From: Lobosporangium transversale
Lineage: Eukaryota
Direction: 5' to 3'
NCBI RefSeq assembly: GCF_002105155.1
Contig: NW_019029010.1
Location: forward strand, 372,001 to 436,000
DNA length: 64,000 nt
Shown here one piece after another: positions 38,473 to 52,435 of the stretch (positions within the stretch are counted from its first letter, which is position 1; each line of letters opens with the position of its first letter). Under the pieces are notes generated by a model. The model was given only the letters and a program-made list of their open reading frames with translations, searched no databases and was not told where the DNA came from. Made by a program: the position numbers and the translations under genes.

Positions 38473-41400
38473 TACTGATATCTACTGAATTGCCTATTCA
38501 CTACCTGTAAAAAAAGTTTGGAGCTGTTAACAATCTTCGATTCGACCAATGGCGTAATTCATTGACATTAGGATGTGGATTTTATTCTACCCATAGACAG
38601 GCTAGAGTCCACACGCCGGGTACTAGAGATTCCTAATTTTATCAAGGTCCCATATGCGTTCTTGATGTACCTTAAGCAGAATCTATGTCTGTATCTCAGT
38701 CCACTGACAGGTCCTGACAAGATTAACGTTCTGGCACGATATTACCATGCGCAATATGGACGGTTCCCTACTACAGAACGATCCCATGATAGGCAGGTTT
38801 TTTTATGTTTATTTTTATTTCCCTGGGGTATATTCCAACTATCTCCCTTACCTCGGATTACTGACTTCTTTGATTTTCTGTTTATTATAGGACTAGTCAA
38901 TCACATCAGTTGCAAATTGGAGACTTTTCGTTTTTTTATAATGCCGTTCAAAGTCGAACCCCTACTCCTATTGAGGCATGCGTAGGAGTTGGTTTAGCTG
39001 GAGTATGTCTTACGGTATTGGGTCAAGATATGAGACCGGTTTTCGAGGTTGGGTACCAAGAGGGCGATCATGACAGAGAGGATATTGAAAAATACTTTAC
39101 CCTATCCCCAAATACGAGTGGTCTAAAACCATCCAAGTACAGTTTGCTAATTGAAGTATGGCCCCAAGGGTCTGTCAATCCAAATGCGCTTCTCGACTCC
39201 ATCTTCCAAAGCTTCCGCCAAAGTCTTTGTGATGATATCATTGAGACATCCATTGATCAAGGACTTTGTCCTAGTGCGCGTGATAGGAGGAATGATATCG
39301 ATCAACTCGATGGCGAACCGTTGATTGGCGAACGTATCCAAAGGAACTTTATTGACCCATCATTTATGATCCTTCAACATGCTTATCAATGGAAGAATCC
39401 AGCGGTCCAGTCACTTATGCTGCAATACTCAATGCCGCCATGGATTATGGATTCGTTCCTTTTGGAACTAGATGAAATCATGACGGATGTTAGCGTCCAT
39501 TTTTCGCCGTTACTCATCCGCTCTATGGCTGATTCGAATCGCTACAAGGAATACAGAGCTTCTAGCGGGACTCGGAAATCATTCGGCGACATGACCAACG
39601 TTCGCTTTATTCTCATAGGAGGAATCCAAGATTTAAGCGATGGTTACAGCTCAAACTACTATGGCCGCCGAACGAGCATGGGAAGTGAGCGTTCGCATTC
39701 CCGTCGTAGCTCGCTTGCCGAGGGAGCTAGTCTTCACCATTCTCACAAGACATCCACTCATTCTTCACAGCAGCATCCCAAGCGTCAACTCGAGGATATC
39801 AAGATGTACCCGAATGCTGTCACCACTAGTGCTCAAGATGAGACCATGCTGACTCGCAATTGCTTTGTGATGATTACGGCGAATGGCTTTGGTCTGCAGG
39901 CGTACACTTACAACTGGAGCAAAACATACCATGAATTTATGTTCTCTGGTATTGAGAAGATTGTTAGGTGGCACAAGGATCGTATGAGATTGCTAGATAA
40001 CATTCTGTTACAGAAAATGGGACTCTTCCACCATGTACCATCCATGCTCTCTCCACCACCAGCACCCATTGCGTTACCACCAATCACACAAATGACTCCT
40101 GCAGTCGTACCGAGCATGATTCACAATCTTCCTCGAACAGCCGTTGCTAGCTCGCCTCACCTTGGATCCAATTTGCGTACCGGGCTTACAGAGCCAGTCA
40201 TCGGCACACCCAACGTCTCCAAGACAATAACGGCGACAACGACAACATCCCCGAAACCTCAGTCAACTTCAGCTGTGATCTCGGATGTAGCCAGTCTAGC
40301 TAGTCTAGTGGAGGACCAGTTCCCTAATCGATCGCGCATACCTCATGTGGGTACTAGTATTTATGGAAACGATGACAGTCGCGCCGAGCAATTTAAAGTG
40401 TCCTCAAGTGCATTACCGCTTATATCGAGATCTAACGCACCGGCTGGTACTACATCTACTCAGTCTCGGAACCAAAGCCAGTCTACACTATCAACCGAAC
40501 AAAGTCACTCTGTAAATGCGGTTTTCAATGCAGGGTTGGATGTAGATCAAATATTACGGGACTATTGCCTTGAGCCACTGGAGGCACCCCGTGATGAGGA
40601 TCAGATTCAGGATGAGGTCCAACGACATGGCAAACTCTTCTTGGACACGTTCACATATCATATTAAGAATGCTGAGGATCAGCAGAACGCATACAATGTT
40701 TACCAGAAATGGTCAAAGCGTTATAGAGACCGTAAGGGTTCGCCCAATGCGCTACATGAGAACATGACCATATCAGATCTTGCCATCATGTTGCGCTCAT
40801 CTAGACTGCTCCACTTCTGTAGAACCCCACTGCTATTCACGGAGTTTTCCTCTTCGCTTTTCCAGCTCGCTAAAGATTCCTCCGGAGTGGCTGCAGTATC
40901 CGGCCAATGTTTAGGTGGAGTGAATTGCAAAGCGGTCGGGGGAGAAAATGCCTCTGTATCAGATCCTGTTGTTCAATGGTATAGTGCATTGGCTGAGACA
41001 TTCATGCGCGAGTATAGTCAATACCTCGCGACAGTTGGTATGCAACTCTTGATGTACGGTGAATCGAAATTTGACAAGGCAGTAGAGCCTTTGCATTCTG
41101 GAGGGCCATCATTCATGTCACAGTTTACAGTGTCCCAAACACTCTCGGTGCAGAGTCCTGCAGCCTTTTTGTTCAAATCATTGCAAGGAGGATCGATTAT
41201 GTGCGAGGTTCGACTCCAGGGTATGTTTGTTTGTGTAACTCTGTATACACTGAATCGACGCTACGGAAGACTCAAGCTGGCTGCACCAGGATTCGCGACT
41301 GCTGAAGCCAATAAGCAAAGCCTCAGGGCATTCACAGAGCAATGCGCGCGATTTAAGGATCGCATTCATGTCAACAGTTTTGTATATGACTTCCATTTAC

Positions 41401-44213
41401 GATATATTCATAGAATTTTGATGGAGTCGTCTAAGTTGAGTATACCCAGCTCATCAATTACAGGAATGGGATTTGCATCAGCTCCCTCGATGTCACTGCC
41501 GTTCTCTTTTGACTTGCTGGATGTTCTACATCAGTTCATGCAGTACCATTCGCGTCCAGCAGCCTATTCCAGGAACAGAATTTATCGTGGAGTATATAGA
41601 ATGAACGTGGCGCCAGGTGAGACAGAATTACCAGGCCATTTGTTTGAATATGTGATCAAAAACCCTCAGCGCTATGGATTTCAGGCTATTCATCATCAGA
41701 ATCGACCCAGAGCATGCTTTGTTTCAGGACGTGACCTACTAACTGGTTATTCGGGTGGCAGTCGCCGTAATGTCGATGATAATCTCGGATCTGGTCAGCA
41801 GGGTTTTGGTAGCGAGAATGTTGGCCAAAATCAAGGGCTTAAGGGCTTTGGTGTTGGAGCCAATAGAGGGGGGTTGTCTTCGAATCCGGAGAAAAAGACC
41901 TTTGGTCCCCACACACGACACACCAGTCATGACAGCAACTTGAACACGAAGCGGATATCGCGTAGGATGACCGCAAGCCGATCCAGCCATACCATCAAGG
42001 AATCTCCAATCCTGGAAGAAGCTGGTGTGGAGTATGTATTGGTCATCTCAGATGGGGAGAGAGATAGTCTGGGGCTTACAGTTCATTACTACCTATTGAT
42101 TCTGAGAGAAGAAGAGGTAGTCAAAAAGCTGGAAGAGCGCCATGGGCCACTGGTTAATGCCAAGGATCGCCTCCTTGCTGCTAACCATAGTCTCTTAGTT
42201 TTACGAGAGAGCAGTGGAAGTCCAGGATCTATTAATCAAGGAGGGATTGGCAGTCTAGCAGTAGGTCGATCTAATGTTATTGGAAACCAACTTCAACCAG
42301 CGCAACCTATAGGAGATGAAGATGGTTTGGTATCAGAGCCCAAGCTATTGAGTGTGAATCAGAATGCAAATCTGCCTTTGCAAGAGAAAAACAGTAGTGA
42401 AGAGCGCCTTATGGATGCAACAGAGTTACAAGAACGGATTACGGAACGAGCAGTCCTTGGAGATGTTGTTCGTGCAGCAGAGGTACGATTGGAACTAATG
42501 CTGAAGCAAGCAGCTCAGTTCTTTGACCGCGACTCACTCTGGGAGATGTTGCTGCAAGGCAAGATTGGCAATTCAGGCACGACCACAACCATACAGGGAA
42601 TTAATCCCTTTTTGGTTGGACCTCATCCTGTTAATACACCTGGCACGATGCTTTCCACAGATGCTGTGGATTATCTTTCCCATAACACTAGTAACAACCA
42701 AAACCACCATGGTGTAGGGCAGGACAATGCACTTAATAGCAATGCAGAGCTAGGCTTTGCAGACTTTCTGGCTCTCGGACAGAGATTCCATAGCACCCCA
42801 TTGGAAGAGATGGAGCCTGATTTTCGTGAGATCATCGAAGCGCCGGGTATTGACTGGGGCGAAGTCTTGTCCTTTTTGGCCCGGTTCTATTCTCGATGGG
42901 CTAGAGAATTTATGGAGCATGATGAAACACATATATCAGGGGTAGCCCATCCGACCCCTGAAGGCACTGGAGGTACAACAAGGTTGTTCGGGCGACGAGG
43001 ATCAGCTGAGCAAAGCATCAGGCCGTCTAGAGGGCGCCGACACCTTGTGATTTTCAACCCGCATAATCGAGATTTACTGGTGCACTTTGTAGTCAATATC
43101 AACACTTCGACTGCAGAAGAAAGAACGTGGGCCAAAACGGGAATCAAAATGATGGGCTCATTTGGTAGATCCCTAACATCCAAGCAGCAATTTGCTCGCT
43201 ATGGGAGCAAGGTGCAAAGTCCAGCGGGCCTAAATTCGAGATCTTCACGCCGAAGAAACTCTGGCGCCTCGTCATCATCAAAATTAAAGCCTCTTTTGCA
43301 GCCACATTCACAGCTCCAGGCACTACTGCTACCGCCTTCACACCCATCAGCGGCGCCAGCCCCCAAACAAAACCAGGCATTTTTAACCCGACCATCACTA
43401 TCAGATACATCAGCCCGTGTGTCATCCATGAGCTCGATTGCCCGCGTAGCTAGCTTGGCTATGTCTAAGGTCGCCAGTCGATTACAGAAATCGTCCTCTG
43501 GAAGCCGTGAAACCAACTCTTCATCTGACCCTAATGCAGACGCTACTACCAGTAGAGCAAGCTCGCGTGCGGGAAGCATTATTCTTGAAGACGATACACA
43601 ATCGGTGACGACGGCAACGGATAATAATGTAATGGATACGACGCATTTACGATTATCTCCTCACAGAACCGGACTATCTAAAGAAGAAAGGCCATCATCA
43701 GGCTTGCTCAATCCGGAACGTCCTGTAATCCGTCGAACACGAAAGATCAGTGGTACTAGTCAGAGTAGTCAGGGCAGTCAGCACATAGGACTAGGTATAG
43801 AAAAGTCAACGCGACAGAGGCAGTCCACCACAGGATCGGAACGATTTAGTGAGCACATTACAGGAGGCGAAAAAGCAGGTCTAATTGTCGATTCTGAGCG
43901 TGGACCAGAAGATCCGGATCATAGCAACAGCAATGCTGGAGAAAGCGAGAGCCTTCATCATGATAAGCATGTGGATGTCAGTGTAAACGAAGGAAAGGAA
44001 GAAGAGGATTTTGATGTTGATGATACCGAAGAAGAATATGAGGATGAGGACGATGAGGGTACATATGAAGACGAATTTGATGAAGCAGGTGCTAACGTCC
44101 AAGTATTCTCTGTCAGTCGTGAGCCCAAGAGTGGATACAATTCAATTGAATCTGAGCATGTGGGCGACATCATTCGTACACTGTCGTTTTGGATCTGGAA
44201 AATGCAAAAATGA
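31393..44213 (+). CDS. SZT2: SZT2 homolog (KICSTOR scaffold), roughly 3,900 aa, multi-exon; 5' exon tentative
   Basis: TRVFCINKKYRSVFLVDVSSS..VD, LSKCLSGLAERFSCPG, KVLLQD, VVITDGV, CSIIQLG, RIRQGF, FQPGEFACPLV, SRLLHFCRTPLLF, YSQYLATVG and HVNSFVYDFHLR occur in the order recalled for animal SZT2. Large ORFs at 32780-36268, 36363-38510 and 38910-44213 are linked by short GT-AG introns. Confidence 0.85.
34318..34372 (+). repeat. 18-bp coding tandem repeat x3 (SSTTTN/G/S) in SZT2
   Basis: ctcatccacgactac is repeated three times with an 18-bp period. Confidence 0.85.
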
Positions 44214-44409
44214 GAGAAAAAAGGCTTTCCTAACAGCAATTTATTTTATCTATACATATAACTTTAATACATGCTTTCTATCTTTTACGTTATACACTAT
44301 CCATTCTCTCACACACAAACAAACAAAAAATGCTACATTTAATTATTAGAATTAAGATAATAGATGATGTAAATGTTTTTAACATCAAATCATAATAATT
44401 TGCTGTTAT

Positions 44410-47400
44410 TTATACTATGACTCCGCGCATGAATTCAACCAGACGCTCTGCATAACGGCCTGGTTCTTCAACAGAGACCTCAGCATGTTGAGCGATTGGG
44501 TAAGAAACATGAAGCCTCTGCTGTTGCTGTTGGTGCTGCTGCTGATGATTATTATGATGAGGACCACCTTCGGAAGGTGGAGATGCCGATAATGATTGAG
44601 ATGAAGAAATAGTATCAGATTCTCGAATTTCAAATGACAATCTCGAATCTCTACTTCGTCCACTGAGATGGCTATGATGACTCGGTTGGCTTGAATGACT
44701 GTTTTGACTATATTGACTTAGTCGAGCACTGATCGATTTCGAAAACGGAACAGAAGTGCTTAGGCTACTCAGACGTGACCGAGCAGTAGGAGCACTTGTA
44801 GCTGTAGTTGTGGCCTGTGAATACGTGTTGGATGAAGAGGATGATGGGGTATGAGATGAAGAAGGCGTAGTAGCAGCAGTAGTAGTAGAAGTAGTAGTAG
44901 TAGCGGTGATAGCATGTCCTCCTTCTGAAGGTGGAGAGAGGGTACTCTCTTCTTGGCTGATTCTTGAAGAGGAGAATCCAGATGATGACGATAGTGAGGG
45001 TGATGACTCTAGATGTGATGTTCTATTGATGCTATTCGCTGTTGCTGTTGCTGTTGAAGGAAGATGACCTGGAGAAGTAGAGGAAGAAGACAAGGAAAGT
45101 CGTTCTGGGTCTTCTAACAAAACTGAGAGAGTTGAATGATTTGCAGAAGCAGGCAGATGCGAGTGTGAGTGCGAATGTGTATGTGAGTGCTCTAGAGCTG
45201 AGGGCAATGAAGGTTCGGATGCTGTTGCCTGTGGTAAAAGCTGATACAAGGATGAAAAATTTGAAGAAGACGAAGGTGTCCGATCATGTGTCAACGAATT
45301 CGGCAACGGTAATGATGAACCCGGAACTGGCAATGAACCTGGAGTTGGGATGGGCAATGGGCCTGGCAAAGAGGGTGCTGTGGCAGTAGTAGGGGTTGGG
45401 ACAGGAGTTGCACCTAGTAATCGCACATTAGCGCCCTTGATATTGCGTTCAAGCCATTTGACTAGGTTGTATTTTTGAAGGATGTCGATCAGTCCAAAGT
45501 AGTAGACGGCTTCAAATCCGTCCGGCGCCTCTGCACTTGGTACGCCCTGTGACCAAATGGGCATTTGATAGGCTTGCTGGTACTGTTGCTGTTGCTGTTG
45601 TTGTTGTTGTTGTTGTTGTTGATTCAGATTCCATGAGATATTGTAAATGGACTGGCCATTTTGTGATGGACCTGAAGCCGCCGCTATGGGAACATCAGCC
45701 TGCTTTTGTGATGACTCTTGTTGTTGTTGACTCAACAAGGCCTTGGCCTTAGTCTTGGTCGCATTCGTGGAAGTATTCGCCATTTCTAAAAGCTCAGGTC
45801 CCTGCAAGCTACTGCCATGATGGGCTTCCCCGGCCTTGACAGCTGCAGCCATACGAGGCTTGTAACGAACAGTCTGAAAGGAGTCAGGGTCAAAATGGTC
45901 TGCCTCTTCTTCTCCACCTTGCACCTTCTCACGTTTATTGATGTTCTTGTGCTTCTTTTTCTTCTTTTTCTCACTCTTTGTCTCTTGTCGACTTGAGCCT
46001 ACAGATCGCAATTCAACCTCCGACGACTGCTGTTGTTGTTGCTGTTGTTGCTGTAACTGTAGCTGTTGTCGTCTGGCATGTCCTGAGCTTACTCGACGAT
46101 GATGTCCATTGTTGTCCTCATTAGCGGCATTGCCCATCCTCACCATGCTCTCGCCAAAGAAATAAATCTCACATAATGCCTCCTGTGCTTTATCACCTAA
46201 ATCTTTCAAAAACATTCGTTGCTCTACAGTCATGCTCTGCGATAGATTTATGAATCGCCAAAGTCGATCCATTGTCAAAGAAGAGTTGTCTCGTTGATGG
46301 CCTGAGCCTACTGGTTCGGACTCTGTTGTTATTGTTGTCGTCGGGGCCATGCCATCGATATCATCACCATCACTCTCACTGTCACTACCGAGGTCACTGT
46401 CATCTGCGTCAGATCCACCTGAAGATACAGATGCCCGTCTACTATAGTCAGCGGATGATTCGTAGGGATGCTTTTCCTCCTTATCATTATTTTCTGAGAT
46501 TGGAATTTTTGGAATAATGCGAATGCCAACGAGTATACTGCACAAAAACCAATTAGAAAAGATAGAGATAATTGGATTAGTGATCTGATTATAAAAAATA
46601 AAAAAACGTGCATATAGAAGTTTTTGTATGACATATATTTACCTGTAATCCATAAAGCCATGCTTACGAAGCAATGCAGTGTCATCTTCCAGTTGTGTAA
46701 GCATCTCAACTCGCCTCTGTGGCCCCAAATGGATGAGACGCGTCTCGCCAGTGTATACTCTGTTCTGAAAATCCATCTCCTTCAAGGTAAGATGACTGAT
46801 ATCATCTACTACAACCTGCGACGATGTAACAGGCGCTGATGTGGAGAGTGGTGGCGCTGACTCCTCCATGCTTGGTCTCATAAAGGGTAGTTCATATTGC
46901 ATAGATGATACAGATGCGCGATTTTCTACTGAACTAAGTTCGCTCCTTCGAGAACGTCTTCTGATCAGATCCACAATCGGCCCTCCGCTACTAAAGGAAT
47001 CCACCTCTGTCGAACTTCTTCCAATCTCTGGTCGCATGGTGTCCTGCATATTAACACTTAATGTTGATCCATTTGCAGATGTTAGTGCTGCTAGTGCTGA
47101 TGTTGTTGTTGTTACTGGTGGCCGGTTTATAGGTAAGGTTCTCCGTCCTACATTCGATCCCTTGAAATCATAGCGCTCATGCACGACCTCAGGCGTGTCA
47201 AACACATTCGCTATTACAACCACAACCACTTTCGAGGGAAGTCCGTCGTCTTTCCCAGCAGAGAGCAGTGTCCCATTAAGATGTAAACGCTGTGCTGCTG
47301 AAGCATCGTTCTTAGTGGACCATGGTCTTGCTCCACCTGATGATCCATGATGATCTCTATCACCACCGGCGCCACTACTCATGCCTCCGGTAATACCTTC

Positions 47401-48113
47401 AATCCCTGTAGTTGACCCATTGCTTCCTCCCCCTGCTGGCGCCAGAATCTTGCCTCCTGCTAATCTTTCAAACGTATACATGCCCAAATATCTTGGCAAG
47501 AGTGTATTAGGGAATTTTTGAATATGGGCCAAATAGTCACTCAGAAACCCTTTTAAATTCTCAGGCTCTGCACCTCGGAGAGTCTTGAGTAGGAACCTGC
47601 CATGGTTATGAGAGGCAAAGAAGACGGCGTCGGATTTCCCGGGTGTCTTCATCACTGTCATGGGCTGTGATAAAGCCTCATCCATATCCGCAAGGGTATA
47701 GTTGAATTGTTCGCGGATGGTTTGAAAGACCATGGGGGCATGGTCTGTGAACTTGACACGACCATAGCTAGGGATATTCCATTCATGGACTTGTTCAGCT
47801 GTGAAAAAGTACCGGTCCAATGGAACACCGCCGCTCCCCAGCGGTGGAGGTATAGCACTAGCACCACCAAAGGCTGTCAAGGGCCGAGGAATAGAAGCAC
47901 TGAGAGGTTGGAAGAACATTGGCGAAGGCATACTTGTTACTCCAGGAAGGAGTAGAGGCGTAATCTTGAGCGGCGCAACTTTTTTCTTTGGTTCGCGAGC
48001 AAGACCAGAAGTAGGGATATGAGCAAGGGCTGGAGGGGAATCTATTGTTGCAGCAGTCGATGTACGCTCCTCAGGAGCACTATTAATAGCTACCGACCCT
48101 GTAGTTGAGGTTG

Positions 48114-48156
<43 letters not shown>

Positions 48157-50935
48157 GATGGCTGCCAGGTGTTGAGACGCGCTGCCGAGGTCTGCTCCAG
48201 CAACAGTTGATGCGGAAGCCATTCGAGAATGTACAATAGGGCGTCGCTGATGTTGCTCCTGTGCCAATGTAGAGGCTGCACTTGGTGACCTTGAAAGTGA
48301 AGGTGAGGCTGGCCCCACCATACTTTGTGATAGAGTTGGTAAACTTGATTGTAACAACGAAGCCAGAGATGTCAAGGCAGGGGGAGAAGACGATAGAGTC
48401 GAACGCTCAAAGAAGCTGGTTCTTCTCACATGGATTGCTTCGCTCCCTTTAGTTCCATTGCTACTGACAATACCCACTGCAGACGAGCCTGCAACAGAGC
48501 GATCCACAAGATTTCGGCCTGAATCCCGTGATGCATCTGTTGTATTAAAGAAGTAACCGAAGCTAATGGCGGATTTGCGTCGTTCCTCTTTAGTGGTTGG
48601 AAGAGGTAATGCCGACTTGGACGCTGAAGTTATTAAGGTAGTTGGGCGAATATTATTAGCACCATGTTTGCCAAGCTGATGGGGAGAAGTGGGCTCAAGG
48701 GTATCAGCTTGGTCCTGCTCCACTTGGCTCGATGATTGCCTCAGCTTAGAAGGGCTAAGGCCGTCACGATGCAGCGATGGAGACAACATCCCATGTGCTT
48801 GTTGGATAGGTCGATATGTTGATAGGAACTGATCGATGTCTCGGTCCTCTCTGATCGGATGCTCTTGACTCTGGTGACGTAGTCGCGCTGGTCGTCGGTA
48901 TTGAGCATCTGAAGACGAACGTGAGCGCCCAAGCGTATTCTTTGAAGTTGAAGTTTTAACATCTGCATCCTCTGATAATTTGGATGCCTGTGGTGCGTTC
49001 TTCATGGTTGTTCTATCCAAAGCACTAGGAGTTGGAATAGGGCTCTGCGCTGATTCTCGGCCAATTGTTTCTGATTCTGGGCGTAAATATTGATTAGAAT
49101 ACACGAATTGATTAACTCTAGACTCTGCTGTTGTCACCTCTGCTGGAGCTGGGCTTTTTGTCGACGATTTACGGGCGAGGCCGGGTAAGCTATGCCGGTG
49201 AGTGGAGCTCGAGCGAAGGTGAGATATGGAGAAGGTTAGAGAGGTGGGTGAAATGGGTGAGATGGGTGAGGTGGGCGATGCTGGCCTTGGAGAATTTGCA
49301 GCCGTTTCTGGAGGTGTCTCGAACACGACAGAGGTCCTTAGGCTAGATGTATTGATTCTAGGCCCCAGTTGAGGTGACATTTGATCTTCGCTTAGCAAAC
49401 TCAGCGCACTACTACTGAAAGAAGGCATTGCAGGATTAGAAGATGCGGAGGAGGATGTTGATACAGGTCGAGATGTTGAAGACAAGTGTGTTTCTGACAA
49501 TGTTCGCGCTGGTGAATTTGCGACACTTCCAGCAGTCATGTAGACTGTATTTCGGGATGGATTAGCATTGTTATGACCGCCTTGCTGCTTAAAGTCACCC
49601 TGGACGACCCGTCGGACTCTAGTCCATAGTTGTGAGGAGCGGGACTGAGGCTGAAGTTGCTGATGATTATGTGGCATTTGTTCCTCATTATTTCGTGACT
49701 CTACAATATCTGTCCCTTGAGCATCATTATTAGGAGACCCAAAGCTACGCAGACTAATGTCCATTCCTTTTGATGGCGGCTCAGGTGTAATGAGAGCCTT
49801 GATAATGCTCTGATCATCTGACATCCTGGATTGGTGGAAACCCTGGTGAGAAAGAGAATCAGCTGAAAGCTGTCTCTCTTTGGGTTTTAAAATAGGGGAC
49901 GTTGTTCTCTCTATTGACTTCGACCCTACTGAGTCTACTGTCGATGGCGATGATGGCGTTGATGGTGGTGGCAATGACGGTGAGCTGAAGCCTCTTACCA
50001 CAATAGGGCCTGGTGAAGTAGGGGGAGGCGATGAGTTGCTCTTGTTGTTGATGTTTGTTGCAGTAGTTTGTGAGGCATCTCTTTGCAATGAAGTAGAACG
50101 AGACAGACTTTTGTCGGCAGAGGGCTCGATTGGTAGTGGGGGCTCCAGAGCTGTAGTGAGTGTCTTCGTAACATTATTTATTGCGGGTATTGATAATCCC
50201 GTTGCAGTTGCTGATGTTGTTTTTGAAAGAGCATCTGTTGGATAAGAGTTGATTTGCGCCTGTGCTTGTGCTTGTGCTTGCCTGACTACTTCTGTATTTA
50301 CAATTGGTGTCTTAAGAGGCAGCATGATTGGTGCCATGAGAGAATCTAGTGTGCCCATTCCATGGCTTGCGGCCTTCAGATCCATAGTCTCAGGTCCGAC
50401 ACTAGTGAAATGAAGGACGGATTTGATGGCGTGCCTGAGGTGACGCGATAATACAGGCTCCATGGACTCCATGATTAGCGCTTGTGCCCACTGACGTTTT
50501 ATGTGGTGATCCCTCCACCGCGATTCTGCATCCATGGGTATAGGGTCGGGGTTCAGGCTGGATGCTGCTACTGTGCCTAGTGAAAGATTTGGATTATCAA
50601 CATTGGTAGAAATAGTGATATTTTTGGATTTGGATTTGGATTTGGACAAGCTTCCAAAGTTTGTGCCTGCTGTTGATGAAGGTGTTTTTATCCGTAAGCT
50701 TCCTCTGATACTCCTAGGCTTCCTACGCCTCTCTGCAATAGATAATGGTTTCTTTAACTGAGTTGAGAGATTGACATTGGCGGCTGAAAGTGGGTCTGAA
50801 TCAACAGCATTGAGACCATGAGTCGTTGTAGGGCTGGATACCGAAATAGCAGGACATTTTCGGATAGCTCTGGAAGAACGCTTTTTCAGCAATTGCTTTG
50901 GGTTGAATTGATCATGCTGCTCTCCTTGCTGCTGC

Positions 50936-50967
<32 letters not shown>

Positions 50968-51141
50968 CGGCTCAGTTGGCGCTGCATCATTGTCATCTAT
51001 TCTTGTCTTATTGTCAACTATGGTCTCCCCTTGCTTGTTCTGCGCAGAGGTTTTGATGACGCTATTATTTTTGTCGTTGTTGTGGAGCAACAAGTTTTCA
51101 ATGGTATTTAGTGACACAACAAGGTAGGACAAACATTTGGC

Positions 51142-51182
<41 letters not shown>

Positions 51183-51312
51183 CGTTATCTTACTTTTCTG
51201 AGGAAGAAGATGGAGGGGACACGAGTGTTGGAGTTGAAGTTGAGGTAGAAAAGGAGGTGGCAAAGAATAACCCGGTGGCTAGGCCGAGCAGAAACCAGAA
51301 AAAGGTCCACAT
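44410..51312 (-). CDS. Phosphatidylinositol-phosphate kinase (PIP5K family, PIPKc domain) with very long low-complexity extensions, about 2,200 aa
   Basis: FTDHAPMVFQTIRE, GKSDAVFF, RFLLKT, TLLPRYLGMY, RYDFKGS, TLKEMDF, MDY|SILVGI, YYFGLIDILQKY, SVEEPGRYAERLVEF. Predicted exons 51312-51194, 51061-46643 and 46537-44410 are phase-compatible. Confidence 0.9.
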
Positions 51313-52328
51313 CAAACCAAAGACACACTTCCTTGTCTATATGCTGTATGTATTCTTTATGGCACGTCGGTAATGTTGTTACTGTCGAGGTAGTTGTAGT
51401 GAGTTTTTGAAGGGAAGAAATAGAAAATGTATATCGAAGGACAAAGTTCGCGTTCCTTAGTAATGAGATAACTTGAACAGCCAATAAGAAATAAAAATAA
51501 AAAAAAAAAAAAAAAAAAGAATAGATTAATTAAGTAATTAAAATGGAGTATGTGTAGGTTAAAGGTGAAAAAAAAAAAAAAAAAAAAAAAGTATAAAGAG
51601 GAAGCTGATGAACTGAAGAATGGAATGAGATGAAATGAACAAAGAATTGAACCTGATCATTCTTGAGTGATTTCTGTTTAGTTCCCTCGCCTGTGCACGC
51701 CAGCAATAAAAAAAAGGGGCTGTATTGCGGAGGTATAACAATGATACTTGATCATCTGAGTTGCATGCAATTCAAAGAGAAGAAAAAAGGGGTGAAATGA
51801 TGCTGCTCTCGATTTGCCTTTGAGAACCAGGGCATGCAAATGTCCTTACTGCATCATCGTATATACTTCTTTCTTCCTTCTACTCTCTTTAATGTATTAA
51901 TGTCAAGGCCATAGTCACTTACAGAAGCATCTCCATTCCTCTCTATCTAAGCATTGCCTCCTATTACTTTCCTATCCTGCTTTAGTACCAACCCTATAAC
52001 CCTCCATCCAAGGACAAGTATAATGTCTGTCCCGTCAAAGTAAACTTCCAACAGAACAAAGCACGACAACCCTCTTTTTTGAATTCAGGTACAAATGACG
52101 TATTTTCAAATTCATTAAGGTTATTAATCGCACGTGGCCTTACAGGAATTCACTTTCTCCCTTGATGACGGATAACTTGCTTCTCTCTGGTGTCAAATAG
52201 CCAAATAATCGACACTCATGTTGCCATTCCTTCCGATGTTTCTTCAAAAAAGAAAGAAAAAAGCATAGGCTCTTTAAAAAAAGGGGAATGGATTTCTACT
52301 TCAAATTAAGGAAAAAGGGGAATACCAT

Positions 52329-52360
<32 letters not shown>

Positions 52361-52435
52361 CGAAAAAACGCTGCTATGCTACTCTTTATTTATTTTTAGG
52401 GCTTTGATATATGCGAAGGGTACTGGCTGCTTGCC

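Noticed and set aside
51130..51185. Possible frameshift or assembly error at the PIP kinase start
   Set aside because: Better explained by a phase-compatible GT-AG intron (51193-51062) that contains the homopolymer.
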